DNA of 64,000 nucleotides. Source: an uncultured Prevotellaceae bacterium. Its GTDB lineage: Bacteria > Bacteroidota > Bacteroidia > Bacteroidales > Bacteroidaceae. The notes beneath the pieces were generated by a model that saw only the letters and a list, made by a program, of their open reading frames with translations, searched no databases and was not told the DNA's origin. Location of the stretch: NCBI GenBank assembly GCA_947169115.1, contig CAMVOK010000010.1, forward strand, positions 7,091-71,090, in the 5' to 3' direction. Below are positions 55,011-63,667 of the stretch, piece by piece; position 1 is the first letter of the stretch; every line of letters starts with the position of its first letter. A program made the position numbers and the translations under genes.

Positions 55011-57601
55011 TTGATGTCTTGATGGTGGCCATGTTTGCCCTTATCAGCTTGGCTTATTTCTGGAACCCCATCATGGAAGGAATGGTTCTGACGGGTACCG
55101 ACCACAATGCTGCTGTGGGCAGTAATGTGGAATTGAGCGAATATCGTAAGACGCACAACGGTGAACGTACCCGCTGGACAAACTCCCTGTTTTCGGGTAT
55201 GCCCACCTATCAGATGTCACCCTCTTACAACAGCACCGACACGTTAGCAACATTGGAGAAGATTTATCAGCTGGGTCTTCCAGAAGTGGCCGGCTATGTG
55301 TTTATGATGCTTCTGGGTTTCTACATTCTACTTCGTGCCTTTGATTTTCGCGCATGGATGGCTGCCCTTGGTGCCATCTTGTGGGCGTTTTCCAGTTACT
55401 ATTTCATAATCATTGCCGCCGGACATATCTGGAAACTACTGACGCTTTGTTTCATTCCGCCCACAATTGCGGGCATGGTGCTCTGTTATCGTGGCAAGTA
55501 TTTGTGGGGTATTGCTGTCACTGGTATCTTTACGGGTTTGCAAGTGTTCTCGAACCACATCCAGATGTCATATTACTTCCTGCCCGTCATGGGGCTGATG
55601 GCGATAGCGTTCTTAGCCCCCTCCCGACCTCCCCGAAGGGAGGAGGAAGCATCCCCCTCGGGGGATAAGAGGTGGGCTGTTCGTTGGCTCAAAGGCTCAC
55701 TTGCTGCCTTTATCGGCGGATTGCTTGGAGTGGGCATTAATATCTCCAATCTCTACCACACTTACGAGTACAGTAAGGAGACGATGCGTGGCAAGAGCGA
55801 ACTGACGCAGAAGACGAAGGACGCTGCCGACCAGACGGGCAGTGGTCTGGAACGCTCGTACATTACAGCTTGGAGTTATGGTATAGGTGAGACGTGGACG
55901 TTGCTTGTACCCAACACAAAGGGTGGAGCCTCCGTTCCTCTTAGTCAGAACGAAACGGCCATGGCGAAAGCCAAGAATGAGTACCGTCCTCTCTACCAAC
56001 AACTTGGCCAGTATTGGGGAGAACAGCCAGGAACGAGTGGCCCCGTGTATGTGGGTGCTTTTGTGTTTTTCCTTTTCATTTTGGGACTATTTATTGTAAA
56101 AGGTTCGATGAAATGGGCTCTTTTGATTGCCACCATTTTGAGCATCCTGCTCTCGTGGGGTAAGAACTTCATGCCTTTTACCGACTTTTTCCTCGACTAT
56201 GTGCCCATGTACGATAAGTTCCGTACCGTGGCCTCCATTCTTGTCATAGCCGAGTTTACCATCCCTTTGTTGGCGATGCTCGCCTTGAAGACGTTGGTTA
56301 AGGATGAAGGGTTAAGGATGAAGGATTATTCGAAGCCCATGTTTATCAGCCTCGGGCTGACCGCAGGCGTGTGCTTCCTTTTCTGGCTGATGCCAGACTT
56401 TTTCTTTGGCAGTTATATCTCCACGAGCGAGATGCAAGCCTTGAAGGGATTGGAGGAATATGGTTGGCCTGTAGGAGATGTCATGCAGAATCTTAGTGAT
56501 ATGCGTCGCGCCATGTTCACGGCCGATGCCATGCGCTCGTTCATCATTATTCTCATAGGTTTTGGCATCCTCATGCTCTATAGGGCCAAGAAACTGAAAG
56601 AGGTAACTATGGTAGCATGTCTCTCGCTGCTTTGTCTCATCGATATGTGGTCGGTGAACAAACGTTATCTGAGCGATAGCGACTTCGTTCGTCCGCGTCC
56701 TAACACCGAGACATTCCCACTGACTGAGGTTGACCAACGCATCCTGCAAGATCCAGACACATATTATCGTGTGCTAAACCTTACTGTCAGCACCTTTAAC
56801 GACAATACCACTTCATATTATCACAAGTCGATTGGTGGCTACCATGCTGCCAAGTTGCGCCGCTATCAGGAACTCATAGAGGAACATATCCAAAGTGAGA
56901 TGCAGACCGCATGGTCTTTGGCTCCCGAGATGGAGAATGCCGATTCTCTGCTGCCTGTGCTGAACATGCTGAACATGAAGTATATGATTCTGCCTTTGAA
57001 GGATAATGGTAAAATTGAAGTGGAAAATCCGTCGGCCAACGGTAATGCGTGGTTCGTCAACGAGGTTCGTTATGTGGAGGATGCTGATGATGAATTGGCC
57101 GGATTGCATGGGCTCGACACGAAGCATGTGGCGGTAGCCGATAAAAAGATGGAATCCATCTTAGGAGCCACAGCCCCCCTCTCTACCTCCGTCGCTGCGC
57201 TCCCCAACGCTAACGCCCGTCCTTGCGTTGCCCCCGAGGGGGAAGATTCTATCAAGAGCACCTCCCCTCGGGGAGGTCGGGAGGGGGCTGCCGTGTTGAC
57301 TAGTTATGAAGCCAACGAACTGCAATACGACGTGGAGAGTCGCGACGGCGGTGTACTCGTATTCAGCGAGATTTATTATCCGGGTTGGACTTGCACCGTC
57401 GATGGTCAGTCCGTAGAGATTGGCCGTGTCAATTATGTGCTTCGTGCCATTCACATTGATGGCGGAAGGCACAAGGTTGTTCTCACCTTCAAGCCCCGTT
57501 CTGAGCGCATAACAGAAACAATAGCATATTCTGCTCTTGGCCTTCTTGCGTTGCTCTTCTTAGGATTGCTGATAAGGCTATTTGTGAAGCGAAAGAACTA
57601 A
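54977..57601 (+). CDS. YfhO-family polytopic membrane protein (putative glycosyl-carrier/glycosyltransferase)
   Basis: 874 aa with many TM segments, an N-terminal periplasmic loop and a C-terminal single TM. The architecture resembles YfhO-like proteins. It contains two repeat-derived insertions and a repeat-derived N-terminus. Confidence 0.65.
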   Translation: MVNSKLLKSKLVDVLMVAMFALISLAYFWNPIMEGMVLTGTDHNAAVGSNVELSEYRKTHNGERTRWTNSLFSGMPTYQMSPSYNSTDTLATLEKIYQLGLPEVAGYVFMMLLGFYILLRAFDFRAWMAALGAILWAFSSYYFIIIAAGHIWKLLTLCFIPPTIAGMVLCYRGKYLWGIAVTGIFTGLQVFSNHIQMSYYFLPVMGLMAIAFLAPSRPPRREEEASPSGDKRWAVRWLKGSLAAFIGGLLGVGINISNLYHTYEYSKETMRGKSELTQKTKDAADQTGSGLERSYITAWSYGIGETWTLLVPNTKGGASVPLSQNETAMAKAKNEYRPLYQQLGQYWGEQPGTSGPVYVGAFVFFLFILGLFIVKGSMKWALLIATILSILLSWGKNFMPFTDFFLDYVPMYDKFRTVASILVIAEFTIPLLAMLALKTLVKDEGLRMKDYSKPMFISLGLTAGVCFLFWLMPDFFFGSYISTSEMQALKGLEEYGWPVGDVMQNLSDMRRAMFTADAMRSFIIILIGFGILMLYRAKKLKEVTMVACLSLLCLIDMWSVNKRYLSDSDFVRPRPNTETFPLTEVDQRILQDPDTYYRVLNLTVSTFNDNTTSYYHKSIGGYHAAKLRRYQELIEEHIQSEMQTAWSLAPEMENADSLLPVLNMLNMKYMILPLKDNGKIEVENPSANGNAWFVNEVRYVEDADDELAGLHGLDTKHVAVADKKMESILGATAPLSTSVAALPNANARPCVAPEGEDSIKSTSPRGGREGAAVLTSYEANELQYDVESRDGGVLVFSEIYYPGWTCTVDGQSVEIGRVNYVLRAIHIDGGRHKVVLTFKPRSERITETIAYSALGLLALLFLGLLIRLFVKRKN
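55616..55672. repeat. Two head-to-head hairpin element copies in frame inside the YfhO-like gene
   Basis: gccccctcccgacctccccgaagggaggagg + catccccctcgggggataagaggtgggc. Encodes PSRPPRREEEASPSGDKRW. Confidence 0.8.
57172..57287. repeat. Composite ~116-bp hairpin-element insertion in frame inside the YfhO-like gene
   Basis: Ends with cacctcccctcggggaggtcgggagggggctg and begins with the inverted G-tail gcccccctctctacctcc. Encodes APLSTSVAALPNANARPCVAPEGEDSIKSTSPRGGREGA. Confidence 0.7.
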
Positions 57602-57642
57602 GAATTCTTGATAAATAACAATAAGGCGGTGGACACTTGTGT

Positions 57643-58455
57643 TTACCGCTTTATTATTGCCCGAACCACGAACCATAGATGTTCGGTGATGGCGGTTCCC
57701 CAGCCATAGTGATGTGCCATCAGTCGGAGGCGTTCGAGAAGGGAACGCCGGTGGTTCTTGGTGGTCATGCCTTCACTGAGATAGTCGGTAAGGATGAGGT
57801 GGGTGTTGAGAAAGCGCAGGCGACGTTTTTCGGCACGTTGCATCAGGCGGATGCACCAGTCATAGTCGGCAGAATAGCGATAACGGAGGTCGTAGGGTGT
57901 GGCTTTTGCCAAGTCGGTACGGACATAGAAACTCTGGTGACAGACAAGCATGCCACTACGGAACGATTTGCTGGTCAGTTTCTCTGGAGCCTTCAGACGA
58001 CGGTGGCGAAGAAAAATCCCATTGTTATCTACAAGGTCTGTTTCCCCATATAAGACAGCATAATTAGCATGGTCGCGCTCCCAGCCGGACAAGGAGGCCA
58101 GTTTTTCAATGGTGGTGGTTTCGTGGAGTTTGTCACCGGCATTCAAGAACACCAGATAATCCCCTGTAGCATACTGTATGCCCTTGTTCATGGCATCGTA
58201 TAGTCCATTGTCTGGTTCGCGGATAACACGGATAAGGTGATTTGGGGTGACAATGGTATCACTGTCTGAAAGGGAAGGGCTGACATTGCGTTCCACGTAG
58301 CGCTGGATGTGGGAGAGGGTGTGGTCAGTGGAACATCCGTCGATGATGACATGTTCGATGCGCGGATAGGTCTGTTGCTCCACACTCTGGAGAGTACGCC
58401 CTATGGTATGTTCTGCGTTGTAAGTTACAGTTATAATGCTTATCAGGGGAGACAT
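57643..58455 (-). CDS. Glycosyltransferase family 2
   Basis: ISIITVTYNAEHTIGRTLQSVEQQTYPRIEHVIIDGCSTDHT...EPDNGLYDAMNKG...LNAGD. Confidence 0.88.
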   Translation of the reverse strand: MSPLISIITVTYNAEHTIGRTLQSVEQQTYPRIEHVIIDGCSTDHTLSHIQRYVERNVSPSLSDSDTIVTPNHLIRVIREPDNGLYDAMNKGIQYATGDYLVFLNAGDKLHETTTIEKLASLSGWERDHANYAVLYGETDLVDNNGIFLRHRRLKAPEKLTSKSFRSGMLVCHQSFYVRTDLAKATPYDLRYRYSADYDWCIRLMQRAEKRRLRFLNTHLILTDYLSEGMTTKNHRRSLLERLRLMAHHYGWGTAITEHLWFVVRAIIKR

Positions 58456-58458
58456 TGG

Positions 58459-58509
58459 GGGTTAAGAGTTAAGGATTAAGGGTTAAGGGTTAAGAGTTAA
58501 GGGTTAAGT
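58459..58509. repeat. 7-bp tandem word array filling the GT4-stop / GT2-start gap
   Basis: gttaaga gttaagg attaagg gttaagg gttaaga gttaagg gttaag. Confidence 0.9.
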
Positions 58510-59670
58510 GGTATAGGTAGATAGGTAAAGGTTGGCGATGCGGTGCTCATCGTAGGTTTCGTGAGCATACTGAGCAGCCGCTTCGCCCGATTCAGGATGA
58601 GCAAGAACATAGCGAATGCCTTCGGCCAAGTCGTCTGCATCACGATAACGAGCCACATAGCCGTCCTTTTTGTGGTGAATCATTTCGGGAATACCGCCCA
58701 CGTGGAAACCCACACAGGGGGTTCCGCACGACATGGCTTCCACGATGGTGTTGGGGAGGTTGTCTTGTAGGGAAGGGGTCACAAAGACATCGGTAGCGGC
58801 ATATAACAGGGCCATCTGCTGCTCTTCGTGTATCTCGTAGTCCCCCCCCTTGCCAACTCGAATGAGTCGAATTCCAGATAACTGTTTTAGTGCATCCTCT
58901 AAGTACCAGCCGCCCTTGCGCTCGTCTGTCACCTTTTGGCTAATGAACAATACTATCTTCTCATTCTCAGGTAATCCGAATGCTTTGCGTGCCTCTGTCT
59001 TAGGTATGGGGCGGAACACCTTATGGTCAATGGCGTTGGGGATGCTCACAATACGGTGGCCTTGGGTCAAGGCACTCTGTTGTGCAAGGCTGGCAATCCA
59101 ATGACTGCATCCCACGAAGGTGATGTTGGCCTCTTTCCATATCCTATTCTTTTCCTCAAAAACCTTATATGAGAGGTCCCTTTTGCTGGGATGTAAGAGT
59201 TGTGGACAATCGTGACAGTGTTTCTGATAACGGTTACACTCATCCGTGTAATGACAGATTCCAGCATATGGCCACTGGTCGTGAAGTGTCCAGACTATGC
59301 GTTTCCCGCTCTTAAATATTTTCTCCAGTCCCTTCAGCGACAGGAAACCTTGATTTATCCAGTGTAGATGTATTACATCGGCCTCCTGAAACTCACGTGT
59401 TAGTGTAATGTCCTCACCGCAGTTGGCGATATCCACCAGCCATAGGTTACGGCGACTAAAGCGATTGGCCATGAATATTCGCAACCGCTCCCAGTAAAAA
59501 GACCAAGGTTTAAGTGAAAAATGAAAAGTGAAAAGTGAAAAATTAATACCTTTATCCTGTGTCAACATCGAAACTTCCACCCCCTCGGCTTCGAGGGCAT
59601 GTGCCAGTCGGTTGGCAGCAATAGCTGCTCCGCCAGTCCGTTCTGTGGTGTTGACGATTAAGACCTTCAT
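58504..59670 (-). CDS. Glycosyltransferase family 4 (GT-B, GT1/4 type)
   Basis: MKVLIVNTTERTGGAAIAANRLAHALEAEG. C-terminal TPSLQDNLPNTIVEAMSCGTPCVGFHVGGIPEMI is an EX7E-type motif. Confidence 0.85.
   Translation of the reverse strand: MKVLIVNTTERTGGAAIAANRLAHALEAEGVEVSMLTQDKGINFSLFTFHFSLKPWSFYWERLRIFMANRFSRRNLWLVDIANCGEDITLTREFQEADVIHLHWINQGFLSLKGLEKIFKSGKRIVWTLHDQWPYAGICHYTDECNRYQKHCHDCPQLLHPSKRDLSYKVFEEKNRIWKEANITFVGCSHWIASLAQQSALTQGHRIVSIPNAIDHKVFRPIPKTEARKAFGLPENEKIVLFISQKVTDERKGGWYLEDALKQLSGIRLIRVGKGGDYEIHEEQQMALLYAATDVFVTPSLQDNLPNTIVEAMSCGTPCVGFHVGGIPEMIHHKKDGYVARYRDADDLAEGIRYVLAHPESGEAAAQYAHETYDEHRIANLYLSTYTT
59508..59545. repeat. 7-bp tandem word array inside the GT4 coding region
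   Basis: gtgaaaa atgaaaa gtgaaaa gtgaaaa at. Encodes NFSLFTFHFSLK on the minus strand. Confidence 0.85.
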
Positions 59671-60581
59671 GCCCGTAGCTTTTTATAGATATAACGAACA
59701 ATTCGGCCTAATGTTGTGTAACGGATGCCCCAGTCTGTGATGGCATGTGCAAATTGGGCCTCAATGCCGGCGTTGGCCTCGGGGTGTTCCAGCTTTTTAA
59801 GTGGGAGAGGCTGTTGCTGAGGCTCTCGGTCAAATTCGTACCACTGTAGCAGACGGAACGAACGGAAGTGTGTACCGTTGTTAAGACCGATATTGCGCAC
59901 CATTGTGCGGCCTGGCGTAAGACATAGTCCATGAGCCCTGTAGATAGCCAGTTCCCAGCAGATATCCCAGGGGATGGGTTGTTTGTCAAGGCTGTTTAGG
60001 CAACGGAAAACACCGCCATATTGTATGCGGTCGAGGTCTTCTTCCATGAATCCCTGAAGGGCTTCATCACGGGACGTATAGTGGAGAAAATGCCCATTCC
60101 ATCGGTCGCGCCATGTTCCCCATCCCCATCCGCTCATGTGCGGTGTGAAGTAGAAGGGAGTGTCTTCCAGGGCCAGATTGGTGAAGCCGGACACGTGCAT
60201 TACACGCGGTACATCTTTGTAAAGTTCAAAGGCTTCGTTCATGTACTGGAGGTAGTAGGGCGAGGTGACAATGTCATCCTCCAGCACAATGATGCGGTCG
60301 TGTTCCGTGAACACCTGTGCAATGCCCTCCGTGATGTTACGTTCAAGGTAGATGTTTTCGGGTCGTTCTACGAGTGTAAGGCTTTTAAAGGAGTCCATAA
60401 ACTCTCTGACCGTCTGCCTTACTTCCTTTACTTCTGCCCACGATTTCTCGTTCTTTCCACCGTCACTGAACACATACACCTCCGTCTCCTTGGCCAGTGT
60501 ATTTTTGGCCAACGCCTCCAGTGTTCGTTGGGTGTTATTTGCCCTATTATAGACGAAAAGTGCTACGGGTGTGAGTTTCAT
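59667..60581 (-). CDS. Glycosyltransferase (GT-A fold, GT2/HlpA-like)
   Basis: VALFVYNRANNTQRTLEALAKN...VYVFSDGGKN...IIVLEDDIV contains a DxD-type motif. Overlaps the downstream GT4 gene by 4 nt. Confidence 0.6.
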   Translation of the reverse strand: MKLTPVALFVYNRANNTQRTLEALAKNTLAKETEVYVFSDGGKNEKSWAEVKEVRQTVREFMDSFKSLTLVERPENIYLERNITEGIAQVFTEHDRIIVLEDDIVTSPYYLQYMNEAFELYKDVPRVMHVSGFTNLALEDTPFYFTPHMSGWGWGTWRDRWNGHFLHYTSRDEALQGFMEEDLDRIQYGGVFRCLNSLDKQPIPWDICWELAIYRAHGLCLTPGRTMVRNIGLNNGTHFRSFRLLQWYEFDREPQQQPLPLKKLEHPEANAGIEAQFAHAITDWGIRYTTLGRIVRYIYKKLRA

Positions 60582-60595
60582 ATCTACAAAGATAC

Positions 60596-60636
60596 GAATA
60601 AATTAAGAATTAAGAATTAAGAATTAAGAATTAATT
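60596..60636. repeat. 7-bp tandem word array in the divergent GT / acyltransferase gap
   Basis: attaaga x4 plus partial copies (aattaagaattaagaattaagaattaagaatt). Confidence 0.9.
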
Positions 60637-60637
60637 C

Positions 60638-60645
60638 ATATCTTT
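60638..60645 (+). promoter_or_regulatory. Bacteroidota -7 box only 6 nt upstream of the ATG (leaderless-type arrangement)
   Basis: tatctttg-ccctc-ATG. Confidence 0.45.
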
Positions 60646-60651
60646 GCCCTC

Positions 60652-61662
60652 ATGAAACAGCGGAACCATGCTTTTGACCTTTTGTGTGGGTTGTGCATTG
60701 TGCGTATGGTCATGTTGCACGTTGTGGGCATGTGCCATCTGCGGGGGGAGTATCACTTCGGTAAACTGATGGCATGGACTTTCTTTTTTCTCTCTTTCTT
60801 TTTCTTCAAAGCAGGATATTTCAACAAGACGGTGGCGGGCGATTCGTGGTTTTTTGTCAGGGATAAAGCCAAACGATTGCTTATTCCCTATCTCGCATGG
60901 GGCTTGATAGGTAATCTGGTTTATTTTGGTTTTCTGTATGGCTGGCCACGTCTGTTTGCCTCCACGTGGCGTACTGTGCGTTGGAGTCATCTCTGGGAAC
61001 AGAGTCAGTTCTATGGCAATCCTCCCGTGTGGTTTCTGTTTTCCTTTTTCATGATGTATGTGAGTGTCCACCTCTGGCGGCGTTACGTGCCCCGTGTACA
61101 GTGGGCGTGGGTGGTGCTGCCAGCCGTGAGCTATTGGCTGTGGACGCAGGATAATCCGCTGTGGATGAGTCTGAGCAACCTGCCTATGGGTGTCTTCTTC
61201 TTTGAGTTGGGTCATTGGTGGCATCGGGCACAGATTCGACTGCCACGTTGGTGGTTTGTTGCACTTTCGCTATTGATGGTTGCTGTCTTTGTCTATGACA
61301 ACCGTCACTGGCATGGCGAATACGACATGGCCCTGAACAAATGGGTGCAACGGCCATGGGGTTCGGTGTTGAACACCGTGTGTGTGCTTTGCGGGTTGTC
61401 GGGCATATTGCTTTCGCTTCCCCTGCGTCGGATTCCTCTGTTGGGTTTTGTCGGAGAACATTCCATGGTCTTTTTCGTTATGCACTATCCTCTGCTTTTC
61501 CTTTATCGTTTCGGATCTTCCGTTTTCCATATTAGCATACTTCGTCAGTGGCTCCACGTTGCCATTCTGCTCATTCTCGTTTTCGTGATATGTTCCCTTT
61601 GGGTACGAAGTATCGAGAAGATACCGTGGCTAAGTGGAAGATGGAAAAAAGTTGAAACTTGA
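60652..61662 (+). CDS. Acyltransferase family 3 (OafA-like) membrane protein
   Basis: RNHAFDLLCGLCIVRMVMLHV start motif and about 10 TM segments. Paralog of the next gene. Confidence 0.65.
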   Translation: MKQRNHAFDLLCGLCIVRMVMLHVVGMCHLRGEYHFGKLMAWTFFFLSFFFFKAGYFNKTVAGDSWFFVRDKAKRLLIPYLAWGLIGNLVYFGFLYGWPRLFASTWRTVRWSHLWEQSQFYGNPPVWFLFSFFMMYVSVHLWRRYVPRVQWAWVVLPAVSYWLWTQDNPLWMSLSNLPMGVFFFELGHWWHRAQIRLPRWWFVALSLLMVAVFVYDNRHWHGEYDMALNKWVQRPWGSVLNTVCVLCGLSGILLSLPLRRIPLLGFVGEHSMVFFVMHYPLLFLYRFGSSVFHISILRQWLHVAILLILVFVICSLWVRSIEKIPWLSGRWKKVET

Positions 61663-61716
61663 AGGTCCTTTCTAAAGAAAGCGAACAAGTTCGAGCGAAA
61701 AGTTGAAAGTTTTTTG

Positions 61717-61724
61717 TACCTTTG
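61717..61724 (+). promoter_or_regulatory. Bacteroidota -7 box 5 nt upstream of the ATG (leaderless-type arrangement)
   Basis: tacctttg-ccccc-ATG. Confidence 0.45.
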
Positions 61725-61729
61725 CCCCC

Positions 61730-62797
61730 ATGAACATTGCAAAACCACGAAACCATGCCTTTGATTTTCTATGCGGCATCTGCATTATCCGCATGGTCAG
61801 TCTCCATGTGATGGCCTTTTGTGGTCATGCCGACGACGATTGGTGGCGCGAGGTGATGCAGTGGACGTACTATTTCATGTCCTTCTTCTTTTTCAAGGCC
61901 GGCTATTTCAATAAGTCGGTTTTGGGTGACAGCAAACAGTATTGTAAGGACAAAGCCAAGCGTCTGCTCATTCCCTATTTCACTACGGGCCTGATAGGAG
62001 GTGCCATCTATTTTTCCTTCCTGCCTTTCCTGCTCCATAAGTTCCACAATCCCATCGAGCCTCTGGAACTGACTCACATTTGGACCACCAGCAGTTTCTA
62101 TGGCAACAATCCCACGTGGTTCCTTTTCAGTTTCTTTGCCGCCTACATCACCATTCATTTTTTGGAGAAGGCACGCCATTGGGCTTTCGGACGTTTCTCG
62201 TCCCGTGTCTTGCAGTATTCCTCCATGCTCTATTTTGTATTTCCCTTCATCAGCTATTGGCTTTACATGCAGGGCAATCCCCTGTGGATGAGTCTTAGTA
62301 ATGTACCTATGGGACTGTTCTTCTTCGAGCTGGGACGTGCATGGAATCGTTTGATGAGCCGTTGGAGCGACGAACAGACCATTCGTATCTCCATAACGCT
62401 GATACTTCTATTTATTGCCAGCAACATCGTCTTTCACGATTGTTCCTACACCATGTCGAGCAACAAGTTTGGTGGCAACCCTATCATTACGGTGCTCAAC
62501 ATCACTGTCATTCTCTGCGGTCTGTCGGGTCTGCTCATTGCCGCCCATCTTCCCCGTGTGCCTGTTGTTAATTTCATTGGTCAGCATTCCATGGTGTTCT
62601 TCGTCAGCCACTATCCCATGCTGTACTATTACAAGTTCATGCACCTCTGTTTTGCCCGTAGCATCTATGGTCGTTATGATGAGGTATTGGTTCTTCTTCC
62701 TGTTATTTTCATCATTTGTGCTTGGCTTGTGCCCTACATTGAGCGTACACCATGGCTGAGTGGGCGATGGCCAAAGGGGGAGAAAGTTGAGAGTTAA
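61730..62797 (+). CDS. Acyltransferase family 3 (OafA-like) membrane protein, tandem paralog
   Basis: RNHAFDFLCGICIIRMVSLHV. Shares FFFFKAGYFNK, KAKRLLIPY, NP.WFLFSFF, NPLWMSLSN.PMG.FFFELG and GLSG.L with the previous gene. The start is set at 61730 after the -7 box. Confidence 0.65.
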   Translation: MNIAKPRNHAFDFLCGICIIRMVSLHVMAFCGHADDDWWREVMQWTYYFMSFFFFKAGYFNKSVLGDSKQYCKDKAKRLLIPYFTTGLIGGAIYFSFLPFLLHKFHNPIEPLELTHIWTTSSFYGNNPTWFLFSFFAAYITIHFLEKARHWAFGRFSSRVLQYSSMLYFVFPFISYWLYMQGNPLWMSLSNVPMGLFFFELGRAWNRLMSRWSDEQTIRISITLILLFIASNIVFHDCSYTMSSNKFGGNPIITVLNITVILCGLSGLLIAAHLPRVPVVNFIGQHSMVFFVSHYPMLYYYKFMHLCFARSIYGRYDEVLVLLPVIFIICAWLVPYIERTPWLSGRWPKGEKVES

Positions 62798-62810
62798 GAA
62801 GGACGGAGAG

Positions 62811-63620
62811 GTGAGTCACGAAGAATTAAAGTCAAAATACAACCCTGATGGGTCGTTACTTCGGCAGATGCAGGAGCGTATGCTCCATGTCTATCAGGCT
62901 ATCGATGACATTTGCCGTCGTCACTCCCTTCCTTACTGGCTTTCGGGTGGTTCCATGCTTGGAGCCGTGCGCCATCGGGGTTTCATCCCTTGGGACGATG
63001 ATCTTGACATAGAGATGTTACGTCCCGATTTCGAGCGACTGATGCAGATTCTTCCCCGCGAATTGCCAGAGGATATGGCCCTGCAGTGGCACACCACCGA
63101 CCCTAACTACTTTTTCCAGTATGCCAAGGTACGTGACCGTCGTAGTTGCCTGTCCGAGCGCAATGGCTACGACCGTGTTTGGCAAGAGCGGGGGGTCTTC
63201 GTCGATATTTTCCCCTTAGAGCAGATTCCCCGATGGATTCACCGTTTTTCGCTTCTCACCTTCGGGCATACCTATAAGATAATGCGTACCTCGCAGGATG
63301 TCCGTCGTGTCATGTGGCGTGTACGTCTCTGGGCTGGACTGAATTGTCACCTCGTTTTCCCCTTTTTGCGTCTGCTGTCGCGTTTGTTCCGTACCCCCTA
63401 TTACGATTTTGCCCTCGGCATTCCCTATTTCCAGCATAGTCTGCACGACGATTTCCTGCCTGTCCGTCGTATCCCTTTCGAGGACACTACGGCTCCCATC
63501 ATGCGGGAGGCCGAGAAGTGCCTTACATACCGCTATGGCGACTACCTGAGCCTACCCGATAATCCGGGGGCTCAGTACCATGCCGACGATGTAAATTTGG
63601 ATTTTCGGGTGCAAATATAA
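62811..63620 (+). CDS. LicD-family phosphotransferase (phosphocholine / polyol-phosphate transfer to glycans)
   Basis: ICRRHSLPYWLSGGSMLGAVRHRGFIPWDDDLDIEM is the LicD signature. The start is uncertain (GTG 62811, ATG 62868; the ORF is open from 62760). Confidence 0.8.
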   Translation: MSHEELKSKYNPDGSLLRQMQERMLHVYQAIDDICRRHSLPYWLSGGSMLGAVRHRGFIPWDDDLDIEMLRPDFERLMQILPRELPEDMALQWHTTDPNYFFQYAKVRDRRSCLSERNGYDRVWQERGVFVDIFPLEQIPRWIHRFSLLTFGHTYKIMRTSQDVRRVMWRVRLWAGLNCHLVFPFLRLLSRLFRTPYYDFALGIPYFQHSLHDDFLPVRRIPFEDTTAPIMREAEKCLTYRYGDYLSLPDNPGAQYHADDVNLDFRVQI

Positions 63621-63667
63621 TACTTTTTTCTCGATTTCCAAATCCGAAATCGAGCCATCGCTGATTA

